A stretch of 64,000 bases of DNA from Promethearchaeota archaeon (GTDB taxonomy: Archaea; Asgardarchaeota; Heimdallarchaeia; Hodarchaeales; Hodarchaeaceae). The stretch lies in contig JBHLMN010000011.1 in NCBI GenBank assembly GCA_048938105.1, positions 143,709 to 207,708 on the forward strand. Direction: 5' to 3'. Positions 18,859 through 28,093 of the stretch are shown piece by piece. The position numbers were made by a program, and so were the translations under genes. Under the pieces are notes generated by a model, which searched no databases, was not told the DNA's origin, and saw nothing but the letters and a program-made list of their open reading frames with translations. Positions within the stretch are counted from its first letter, which is position 1, and every line of letters begins with the position of its first letter.

Positions 18859-20787
18859 TCAAGAATATTTGTATTTGAGGATTGATCGTTTTCTAATCAA
18901 AATAAATGCAGCAAGAGAAAACACAGAGAATAACCCAAATCCAGGTATTCTAGTAGTGGTTGATTTTTTTGATGATGTAATTGCGCTAGTGACAGTCCTA
19001 GTTTTTATGCCAACTTGCTTTAATAACTCTGTGAATGATTTAACAGCGCTTACAGCTTCTTTCGCTTGAATAAAAGAATCAGAGAAATTCATCGCTTTAA
19101 TAGAAGCCCAAGATTTCTCAATTTTTGTAACAACTTCTTGATTTTTATTAATCACCGCTTCAGGTGAAGTGAACGAATAAATTCCTCTCAAGGTCTCATA
19201 TTTATCAATTGTTTCAAAAAGTAACTGTTGTGCCAATAATGATTGCAGCCAATCTTTTTCAAACTTGCTGAAGTAGCTATTGACTGTATAATAACTCATT
19301 ATTGAATCAATAAAATCACCACACCAATATTCATTATGGTGAGGATGTGAAAATCCTAATGTGTGACCAGCTTCATGAATAATTACATCTGTAATTCCAT
19401 TTTTCGGAACAGCAGGCGTAACGGATGTATCCATAAGTCTCTCCCATTGATAACCGATCAATTGCCATCCCATCCCACCTAAACCACCAAATCGTGTCCC
19501 ATCATAGCTCATTACTGATCCATTCAACAGGAATACCAAGGTTGGAAAATTTATCCCATCAGGATGAATATCAACAAATTCATCTAAATTTTGGGATAAA
19601 TAATCAAAAACTGATTGAGGAGAACCTTCGGTTATTTCAATTTGGTTATAATCCTCAAACTGCTTTGATGCTAATTTGAATAATTTTTGAATAAAAGGGT
19701 AGTTTTCAAGAGAATACCAATGAACATTGACTTGAATATTAAAAAAAGGCAACAGATCTGTGATAGCTTCTCGAATATTATCTTTATTAACCACGAATTC
19801 CAAATCCTCCCTCTCATATAAAGAAGAACCTCGTGTGAAATTCTCAACTATCGCAATTTCAAAATAGTAATTTTCGTCAGTTGGGGCAATAGATAAGTAG
19901 GGACAGATCATAATATCATTTTTGAATAAATCATAGATAAAGTTATTTAGATATTCCTCTAAGGAGCTATCTGTTGAGTGAAATGTTTCGTAATGGGCAA
20001 TATAATCCTCCAAATCCTCAAGTACATAATTATTGTAAACAGAGAAGCTCTGCCAATAATAATCTGTATTCATCCAATCAAAATACCAAATGACATCTAA
20101 AGCGGAGGGATCAAAAAAAAGGATCCTAACATCACCATCTCCACCCCATCCAGCTACAGGGCGATCGGTTAGACCATTATAGTCACTAAACCAGCTTTTA
20201 GATTTTTGCCCTGTATCCATATCAATTTCTGATATATCAAACCAATGTTCGGTCATTCCTATATCTAATATGCTTAAGTTCAAGAAATAAATGCCATACG
20301 TCCAGCCATCATCAGGAATTTCTATGGGGGGATTATCATTCAAATAATTCTGGACTAATGTAGCATTTATTGAAACACCAGATCTATCATAAAAAATGTC
20401 TGATTTGATTCCATCAGTGGGATCAATATTATCCTCCTCTAATAATGTTATATTCAAAGCAGAGGTAACTCCACTAAAATTAGCGATGGTATTGATATAA
20501 TCAAGAAAATCAAGATAGTAATCGTTATTAGAGGAGATGATTTTCTTATGTATTAATATATCATATTCAGGTAAGAGATCGCTATAATTTGAGTAAATAT
20601 CATATGTTCCATCTAAGTGGATTATCCTGTTAATATCTAAAATATCTTGATCATAACCTATAAACACTAAATTGATGTTTATGTCAATTTTTCTTGTTTG
20701 ATAGGATGCTATAACATAACTCAAAGGATTAAGTAAACTATAAGTTACAGTAAGAAAAAATATGATCCAAAATGAAGCCTGTTTCAT
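18859..20787 (-). CDS. Surface-anchored metzincin zinc metalloprotease with PGF-CTERM
   Basis: Signal peptide; HEAGHTLGFSHPH (HExxHxxGxxH); Met-turn SIMSY; S/T-rich linker; IPGF + TM + RKR. Confidence 0.88.
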   Translation of the reverse strand: MKQASFWIIFFLTVTYSLLNPLSYVIASYQTRKIDININLVFIGYDQDILDINRIIHLDGTYDIYSNYSDLLPEYDILIHKKIISSNNDYYLDFLDYINTIANFSGVTSALNITLLEEDNIDPTDGIKSDIFYDRSGVSINATLVQNYLNDNPPIEIPDDGWTYGIYFLNLSILDIGMTEHWFDISEIDMDTGQKSKSWFSDYNGLTDRPVAGWGGDGDVRILFFDPSALDVIWYFDWMNTDYYWQSFSVYNNYVLEDLEDYIAHYETFHSTDSSLEEYLNNFIYDLFKNDIMICPYLSIAPTDENYYFEIAIVENFTRGSSLYEREDLEFVVNKDNIREAITDLLPFFNIQVNVHWYSLENYPFIQKLFKLASKQFEDYNQIEITEGSPQSVFDYLSQNLDEFVDIHPDGINFPTLVFLLNGSVMSYDGTRFGGLGGMGWQLIGYQWERLMDTSVTPAVPKNGITDVIIHEAGHTLGFSHPHHNEYWCGDFIDSIMSYYTVNSYFSKFEKDWLQSLLAQQLLFETIDKYETLRGIYSFTSPEAVINKNQEVVTKIEKSWASIKAMNFSDSFIQAKEAVSAVKSFTELLKQVGIKTRTVTSAITSSKKSTTTRIPGFGLFSVFSLAAFILIRKRSILKYKYS

Positions 20788-20837
20788 AGATCCACCAGAT
20801 TTACTTGTTTTTTATTTAAAACTATTAGTACCACTGT

Positions 20838-22157
20838 TTAAATATATTGAAGTAGAGAATTAGGGTACTGTTGTTTTATCTGTCGAAATACTATACAAGC
20901 AGGATATAAAATAATCAGCCCAATAATCCAGACAACAAAGGTTACAATGAGGGAAAACAAAAACGCGTTTGCGAATATTTTAACCAATAAAGTATAATGT
21001 GTTGTTTCACCAAACAAAATGACGCTCATTAGAAAAGGTACGGCCCCATAAAGGAGTAAATGAACACTATAAAAAAATAGTGGTGTAGATCCGAATAGAA
21101 CAATTGGAAAAGTCCCCTTTTGAAACCATTCCTGATCCTGAAAATAGAATGCCAAAGAAAGAACGAGGCACATACCACCAAGAGTCCAAAGAAGGAAACC
21201 AATACTCGGAGGGTATTTTGCCAAAAGAAAAAAAGTCTGTATTGTGAAAGCATCTGATCTTAAAACACCATTAGCTTCCCAAATTCCCAGATAGTTAATT
21301 GGCCACCCTTGTAAGAGTCTCAAGATGAAGAAAACTACAATAGTAACACTTCCAGCTACCGCGAGGTGTTTTGCAATGAGATGATTGTCTTCTGGTATTT
21401 TTTGTTTTCGCAACCAATGACCAAAAACAAAACCTAAACCCATAACTCCAAGCCACGGATCAAGTGGGTACAAACCATTAGGCCAGTTTGGCCAAAACGA
21501 GACTGTTAAAAGATAATCTCGGATACCTGTTGGTAACTGGTTAAAAATGATCCCCCAATAAAATATGGACATTTCTCTTCCTGAAAGCCCCATTATGAAA
21601 CTATCAATAAGAGGTTCCATGAATAGAAACAGGGAAAAACCCAATATGATTTTCCATGAAAGATTACGAGCAAAAGCAAAGATGATGAATCCAACCCCTA
21701 AAAGAGCAAGGACACCAAAATAAAAGGGAGCAGCATGGAAAGCCCAAGCAATGACAGTCCATTCAATCAGTAACAAAATTAATCCACGAATGACAAGATG
21801 TTTAGTTATTTCACTTTGAGGAACGCCTTTTTCTAAGCGCCTTGCTTCAAAAAGTACTATAGAAGTGCCAGCCAAGAAAATAAAAGTCGGAGCACACCAG
21901 TGCGTCACAAAACGAACCAAGAAATTAAGAAGATCACCTCCATACTCTGGACGGAAGAAATTTGTAAAAGCACCTGCTTCTTCACTCCAGGATGTTAATC
22001 CAGCACCAGTCCTACCTAGTCTTCCTACGTTCCAGAAAGTTGACGCATGATCAAGAGCCATTAAAATGATGGCTAGTCCACGAACAAAATCAATTGCAGC
22101 AATACGAGGAGTCGAAACAGCTTGTGCTATCCGTTCATTATCAATCAGGTTTGACAT
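20838..22157 (-). CDS. DUF1624 / heparan-alpha-glucosaminide N-acetyltransferase-like membrane protein
   Basis: RIAAIDFVRGLAIILMALDH, RFVTHWCAPTFIFLAG, KYPPS, PLFFYSVHL. Confidence 0.88.
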   Translation of the reverse strand: MSNLIDNERIAQAVSTPRIAAIDFVRGLAIILMALDHASTFWNVGRLGRTGAGLTSWSEEAGAFTNFFRPEYGGDLLNFLVRFVTHWCAPTFIFLAGTSIVLFEARRLEKGVPQSEITKHLVIRGLILLLIEWTVIAWAFHAAPFYFGVLALLGVGFIIFAFARNLSWKIILGFSLFLFMEPLIDSFIMGLSGREMSIFYWGIIFNQLPTGIRDYLLTVSFWPNWPNGLYPLDPWLGVMGLGFVFGHWLRKQKIPEDNHLIAKHLAVAGSVTIVVFFILRLLQGWPINYLGIWEANGVLRSDAFTIQTFFLLAKYPPSIGFLLWTLGGMCLVLSLAFYFQDQEWFQKGTFPIVLFGSTPLFFYSVHLLLYGAVPFLMSVILFGETTHYTLLVKIFANAFLFSLIVTFVVWIIGLIILYPACIVFRQIKQQYPNSLLQYI

Positions 22158-22422
22158 GTTTCCTCACCGATTATTAGAATAGACTGTTTTAGGATATTCG
22201 TTATCTTTTTTGATAGAATATATATTGAAGAAGTGAAACTATTTTTTGAAAGTTTGGATAGCGGAATTGATAAAGCAGGAGTTTCAATCATTATTTGATA
22301 CAGTCTGAAATAGGATTCGGAAAAATTAAGAGAAAAGAGATTCAAAGCATTTGAGTCAATTCCAATTCATAGACTTCAATGAAATAAGTTAAATATCAGA
22401 TTAAGCTCAAAATGCTCTATAT

Positions 22423-24062
22423 ATGAAGTTGAAATTCTTGTTTTTCAGAAGGTCTATGGGAAAGTTCTTTGTATTATTCATCTTGGTTACACTATTCCAT
22501 CCATGGATAATACAAAAATCATTAAATAGCACACCCAAGACTGTACAACAAGGTAAATTATCTAAATTCAATATTATAAACAAAATGAACAATGTAGAGG
22601 ACGACCTTGAGAATGTTCTTTCTATCACTCGTCATGATCCAGCAACAGTCCAAGAAGGGTTGACAATATTCGGTGTGTGGCGAGTAACGAGTCCTACTGT
22701 TGAAAATTTTTTGGACTCAATGATTATCATTACAGATATGGAAGGAAATGTTAAATCTTCACTACAATTCCCCCATATGAAGGGATTGTCTGGGATCCAG
22801 AATTCATCAATTCCACCACTTTTATCTATATTCTGACATCGAACAGCTTACAACTTTATAATATTCAAACAAAAAAGAGCGAAATCCTTCCTATCTCTCC
22901 TGGTCATCATGATGTGGAATATAATCCTATTTCTGACACATTTCTTACTGTATATTTCACACATTATGGATACTATGAGGATAAACCCTTACTATTTGAT
23001 GATATATATGAACATGATCGTGATGGGAATGTAATTTGGTTCTGGAACAGCAGCAGCCACATCCCATTCAATGAAACAGAATTTACTAAAGAAGCGTTTC
23101 TTGAACGATTCCAATGGACTCACGCTAATACTATCTTCTGGGACATTGAGGATCATGCTATCTACTATAATTGTAGACACTTAGATACTTTTTATAAAAT
23201 AGATTACCCCAGTGGTGAGATTCTTTGGTCAGCTGGAAGATTAGGTAATTTAAGGCTGTTTGACAAACAGGGGAACGAAAAACAGTGTTTATTCTATCAT
23301 AGTCACGCTGTGGAAGTAATTAGCCCCAACCATTACATTATTTTTGATAATGATTATTTTAATATCACTAGGGAAAACCCTAGAGAAGCAACAGGTGTTT
23401 CTCGTATGATCGAAGTCGTTGTTAATGAAGAATCAAAGACAATGAACGAAACATGGTCGTGGTCAGCGCCAACAGATTATTTTGGGGAAGTTTGGGGAGA
23501 TGCTGACCGTTTGCCAAATGGAAATCGGTTGGGAACTTTTGGTGTTCCTGACCATCCTGCTTATATTACTGAAGTAGACCCACAGGACAATATCGTCTGG
23601 GAACTAGCACTTGAACAAGCTAAATGGGATTATTTAGGAATTTATAATGCTGATCGGTTTTTTGAAGCTCCTTTAGTAGAAGTGGATCAAACAGAGTACA
23701 CAACTACCCCAGATGATGATTTAGTGTTCCAAGTTAAAGTATGGGATACTTTTAACACTAGGATAACTAGAAAAGGAACATTACGTATAGAAGAGAAGGA
23801 TAAGGTCTTAAAATCAATTGAATTCGAATTTCAACCCCACTGGCAAGAAACTCTCATTAATGTAAGTATCTTTGATCTTGGAAATAATGAACGAACATTA
23901 ACTCTTTCCATAACGAATGAAGATGACCTCAGTACTAAGATACCCATCGTAGTCAATGGAGGATCAGAGGATGCATCATTCGCGATTAAGACTGTTGTAG
24001 TTGGTCTTATTTCTTTAGCTTCAATACAAATAATCAGAAGAAAGAAAAAAATAACTTATTAA
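22423..24062 (+). pseudogene. Aryl-sulfate sulfotransferase (ASST)-family surface protein split by a single frameshift
   Basis: The frame of ORF 22914 is open upstream to about 22772 (PYEGIVWDPEFINSTT...PGHHDVEY). Adding one base at the C5 run 22770-22774 joins it to ORF 22423. Motifs HHD, WTHAN, HSHA, FDN, WGDADRLPNGN; C-terminal TM + RRKK. Confidence 0.82.
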
Positions 24063-24351
24063 AAGTTCTAGATCATAAAAAAAAGGAATAATCATACTTA
24101 ATCCAATTAAGACATCTTCCAATAAAATTATCACCCAAGCTCCCATAACACATATACCTTGGAAGTGGAATCCCTGAAGTTTGAGATCTGATAGAATGAG
24201 CGTCTTTAATGACTTTTTTTCGTTCATTATCAATAGAATTCAACAAAAAATAATTAAGAATTTGAAGGGCAATACCGTTCTAAGATTAACTGGAAAAATA
24301 TCCTATAAAAAAGGGAAAATTAAAACTCTAACTAAATAAGAAGGAAGATTT

Positions 24352-25197
24352 ATGCATCACAATCGAAGATTAAAGGAATTAGTTGGCATTATTGGTACTG
24401 GAAAAATGGGGAGCGCGCTTATTAGAGGATTATTAAAAGAAAACCTAGTGGAACCTGATCAAATATTTGCGTACGATATTTTATATGAAGATCTTATGGA
24501 ATTGGTCAAAGAAACTGGGATAAATGCAGCATTGAATAATCTACAGATAGTTGAACAATGCAGCATCATTTTTATCTGTGTTAAACCTCAAGTATTTGAG
24601 ACTACTCTTCAAAAACTCCAGACCCACTTCACTAACGATCATTTAGTTATATCGATTGCTGCAGGAGTTCCTTTAATGACTATTGAAAGATTAACTGGGA
24701 AGGCACGATGTGTTCGTATAATGCCAAATATGCCATTTCAGGTAGGAGAAGGTGCAGCAGGTTATAGTTTAGGAACCAGAAATGACAATCGAGACTCAGA
24801 AATTGTAGAACTTGTATTTGGCTCTTTAGGAAAGGTGTTTCAATTTCCTGAACACTTATTAGATGCAGTTACAGGACTTTCAGGTACAGGTCCTGCTTAT
24901 GTATTTGTTTTTATAGAAGCATTAGCTGATGGAGGAGTTTTAGCTGGATTATCTCGCCGTGAGGCTCTCATTTTGAGTGCACAAACCGTAATGGGCTCTG
25001 CTAAACTACTTCTGGAACAAAACGTGCATCCAGGAGTATTAAAAGATGCTATTATGTCTCCAGGTGGTACCACAGCTTCAGCATTACAATTAATGGAAGC
25101 ACGTGGTTTTCGTTCCATTTTAATTGATGCTGTGGAAGCTGCAACTAAAAAATCACAATTTTTAGGCCAAAATAATCTATTATTATCTGATCGTTGA
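24352..25197 (+). CDS. proC: Pyrroline-5-carboxylate reductase
   Basis: IGTGKMG, VKPQ, SIAAGV, RIMPN, TGLSGTGPAY, SPGGTT. Confidence 0.96.
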   Translation: MHHNRRLKELVGIIGTGKMGSALIRGLLKENLVEPDQIFAYDILYEDLMELVKETGINAALNNLQIVEQCSIIFICVKPQVFETTLQKLQTHFTNDHLVISIAAGVPLMTIERLTGKARCVRIMPNMPFQVGEGAAGYSLGTRNDNRDSEIVELVFGSLGKVFQFPEHLLDAVTGLSGTGPAYVFVFIEALADGGVLAGLSRREALILSAQTVMGSAKLLLEQNVHPGVLKDAIMSPGGTTASALQLMEARGFRSILIDAVEAATKKSQFLGQNNLLLSDR

Positions 25198-25336
25198 TCA
25201 ACGAATGGAACTGGATTCTTATTTAGGTTGTATCATGGTTCGCACCGCTCACGGTCACCTCTCATCGAAAGAAGAAGATTCGTGTTTATATTTACGCAAA
25301 ATATAATTTAATATCTTTATATCAGCTAAATAAATG

Positions 25337-26464
25337 TTAAGTACTCCTTATTTCAATATGTTTTACTTTTTCGATCCAAAAAGAGCCATGAAAGTTTTTT
25401 GCCACAATGCGAAGCCCAATCTCTGTTGATGTCATAATTATTGCTCTATCGTTATCGATTTCTTCTCCACTGAATTCTACTTGGTAACCATCAGAAGCAC
25501 TTAATTGAACTATAAAATGCTCAGTTTTAGGTTGAGCACGCTCTACGATAAAATATAAGGGGACTCCAGTATAGTTCTTTGTGGGAATATAGGTGACATC
25601 ACCAGTTAAATTCGCTTCAACTGTTATCTGTAAATCAAGGAAATCTGAATGATAGTAAGTGTATGGATTAAATACATCTCCAGATACTTCTGCAGAATAA
25701 CGGTTTTGAACGGTTAGGAAATAAAACACACCAATTTCGATTAGTACTATGACTATAATTATAATTATTCTCAGTATTTGGATTTGTTTCAGCTGATTAG
25801 GATCAGTCGGAGTCTTTCTCCAATTCAATATTGAAGATCTTTCAAAAAGTTTCCAAGTAGAGATTGACAAGAGCCCTCCAAGAAAAAAACCTGAAATAAA
25901 GCTTAAAAAACCGATAAAAACGATAAATAATAGCGGAATTTGAAAATTAAAGAAGAGTATCTGCTGAATAATGACATTTGATAAGCTAGAAAAACCTGCA
26001 GCTAAAGATAGAACAAATTTGTTTTGTGTTGATAAAAATACGATGATTAAAATCTCAATAATAAGTCCTTGAGTTCCAGATAAGACCACTACTAATATTC
26101 CATGAGCACTACCAGTAAAAAATTCAACAAATCCTTTTAAAATCCCTGCCATTAATGCGGTACCAACTTTTTGTTTTGTTAAGAGATAAATTAAGACTAT
26201 CCAAAAAACATGCATCCCACTCAAAATCTGTCCCCCCCCAAACGGAAGTCCAACTATATGATTGAGTAAATTCCCTAAATATCCGATAAATGTGCTAGAA
26301 ATTCCTCCCAATGCACTGAATAAGGCTATGATTACTAAATCACTCGTCTCATAATAACGAGTTGATTTTTTTCTCTTCTTTACTAGGTTCCCGTTGATCC
26401 AAGGGATTTTTGTTGTATGAAGGGGTTCAGGGATCTGTATTTTGGCTTCTTTCTCTTCTTCCAT
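25337..26464 (-). CDS. ECF transporter S-component (YkoE/ABC_cobalt-like) fused to a C-terminal molybdopterin-oxidoreductase-like domain
   Basis: DLVIIALFSALGG...KVGTALMAGILKGFVEFFTGSAHG...QGLIIE; extra TM; then VSGDV..P, YTGVPL, ASDGY, LRIV...WIEKV..I. Confidence 0.8.
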   Translation of the reverse strand: MEEEKEAKIQIPEPLHTTKIPWINGNLVKKRKKSTRYYETSDLVIIALFSALGGISSTFIGYLGNLLNHIVGLPFGGGQILSGMHVFWIVLIYLLTKQKVGTALMAGILKGFVEFFTGSAHGILVVVLSGTQGLIIEILIIVFLSTQNKFVLSLAAGFSSLSNVIIQQILFFNFQIPLLFIVFIGFLSFISGFFLGGLLSISTWKLFERSSILNWRKTPTDPNQLKQIQILRIIIIIVIVLIEIGVFYFLTVQNRYSAEVSGDVFNPYTYYHSDFLDLQITVEANLTGDVTYIPTKNYTGVPLYFIVERAQPKTEHFIVQLSASDGYQVEFSGEEIDNDRAIIMTSTEIGLRIVAKNFHGSFWIEKVKHIEIRST

Positions 26465-26466
26465 TT

Positions 26467-28050
26467 TTATCGTTCCAAAACTCGTAAAGATTTAACATAT
26501 TTCACCCATCGATACCCCGCTGAAGGCCAAATATGGAACCCTTCACCCAATGGAGAGGTGGCTTGACAATCATCATTACTGTACGCGCCATCAGGAGCCA
26601 GAAATACTATTCGAAAGCCATCAATCCATTCAGGCACAAAAGTTTCATTGTAAGAATAGGCAAGTATCATATCACCTTGAATAAATTTCCAAGAATTATT
26701 AGGAAAGATTACTGGGTAACTAAAATTCTGAATTAACCCATCCCACGCTTCGATCTCTAAGATATGATTAGGGGTCATTCCTCCCACAGTCTCCAAGAGA
26801 TCTCCTATTAAAACCCCCTTATATTCACCATAAGATCGCCAATTGCCATATTGGTTTTGAAAACTGCAATACCCACTCATTAAGCGAAATTCTAATTGTA
26901 AATCGGATATAGAAATAATATTGACAGATTGATTTTTAATTATCTCAATATCTGTAAGAGAGATTTTCTTTTTAAATTCTATTGGATTAACTGACCAATT
27001 TAACCATTTATTATCAAAGGTTATCTCAAGATAGTGATGAAACCCTCCCAATTCTTTAGATTCATGTAAAGCAGCCCCACCACCACCAGATGTTATAAAA
27101 TGTATATTTTCACGAATAGTATAATTATAGATATGAATATGACCAGAAAGAACAATTTTGACATTATTTTGGGTAAAAATCTTTAATAATAACTCACTTT
27201 GAGAATTATTTAAGAAATCATGCTCTTTTGAAGCACGAGGGTCGAATAAGGGAGTATGTGTAAAGATTATTTTTGGATATGTTGAGTAAATATTAAAAGA
27301 TTCTAAGAGAAAATCCATAGTAGACGATGTTAAAGATCCTGTTGATGAATCAAGCGAAATAAAGAGGAAATTTCCATATTTAAAACAATAATTTGATTCA
27401 CCAAAATGTTTTTGATATTGGATGCTAGAATTTTCGAATTTTATATCATGATTTCCAGGGGTAAAGAATACAGGCGCTGTAGAATTTCTCGTTATCTGTT
27501 GAACCTCATGAAATTGAAGAGGAGTGCCAAATGAAGTTATATCACCCAAATGAACGAGAAAAGAATAAGAATCATTGTTTAATTGACGGGTTAAGGTTTT
27601 ATATTTATGATAAAACCCTTGAGTGTCCCCTATAGCAGCTATCTTAAAAATGTCGTCCTGAATATCATTTTTTAGCACAATTTCTCGCTCTTGCTGAGGT
27701 TTACATAAAATTTTTAACGAAAGAAATGTAAAATTATAAACAGAATATTTTTCTTGATCCAACAATCCGTAAATTGTAAGATGTTCCGTTTGAATATTAG
27801 AAATTGATATATTTAGTGTTTTTTTTCTTTCTATTTTTATAGAACTGAACGATAAATTAAATCCTTGGTTCCAAATAAGAGCCTCTCTCGAGGTGGGATT
27901 ATAATCTAATAATGTACCGCCATTGATTTTAAATGGAAAATCAGTTGAATATTCTGAATCTTCCCAGAGAAGAAATAAAAAGAGAAAAGAAAGACTAAGA
28001 GATAAGATAAGTATTACTGAAAGACTTAATCCTATTACCCTTTTATTCAC
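26467..28050 (-). CDS. Membrane-anchored calcineurin-like metallophosphoesterase fused to a molybdopterin-oxidoreductase-like domain
   Basis: N-terminal TM; GDTQ, HLGD, PGNHD, HTP, SGHIH, TSGGGG; C-domain YKGVLI...AWDG...ILAY...FRIV...RWVKYVK. Confidence 0.85.
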   Translation of the reverse strand: MNKRVIGLSLSVILILSLSLSFLFLFLLWEDSEYSTDFPFKINGGTLLDYNPTSREALIWNQGFNLSFSSIKIERKKTLNISISNIQTEHLTIYGLLDQEKYSVYNFTFLSLKILCKPQQEREIVLKNDIQDDIFKIAAIGDTQGFYHKYKTLTRQLNNDSYSFLVHLGDITSFGTPLQFHEVQQITRNSTAPVFFTPGNHDIKFENSSIQYQKHFGESNYCFKYGNFLFISLDSSTGSLTSSTMDFLLESFNIYSTYPKIIFTHTPLFDPRASKEHDFLNNSQSELLLKIFTQNNVKIVLSGHIHIYNYTIRENIHFITSGGGGAALHESKELGGFHHYLEITFDNKWLNWSVNPIEFKKKISLTDIEIIKNQSVNIISISDLQLEFRLMSGYCSFQNQYGNWRSYGEYKGVLIGDLLETVGGMTPNHILEIEAWDGLIQNFSYPVIFPNNSWKFIQGDMILAYSYNETFVPEWIDGFRIVFLAPDGAYSNDDCQATSPLGEGFHIWPSAGYRWVKYVKSLRVLER

Positions 28051-28093
28051 TTGTCATACTCCCAAGGCTCTAATTTTACTATTATTACCCCAC

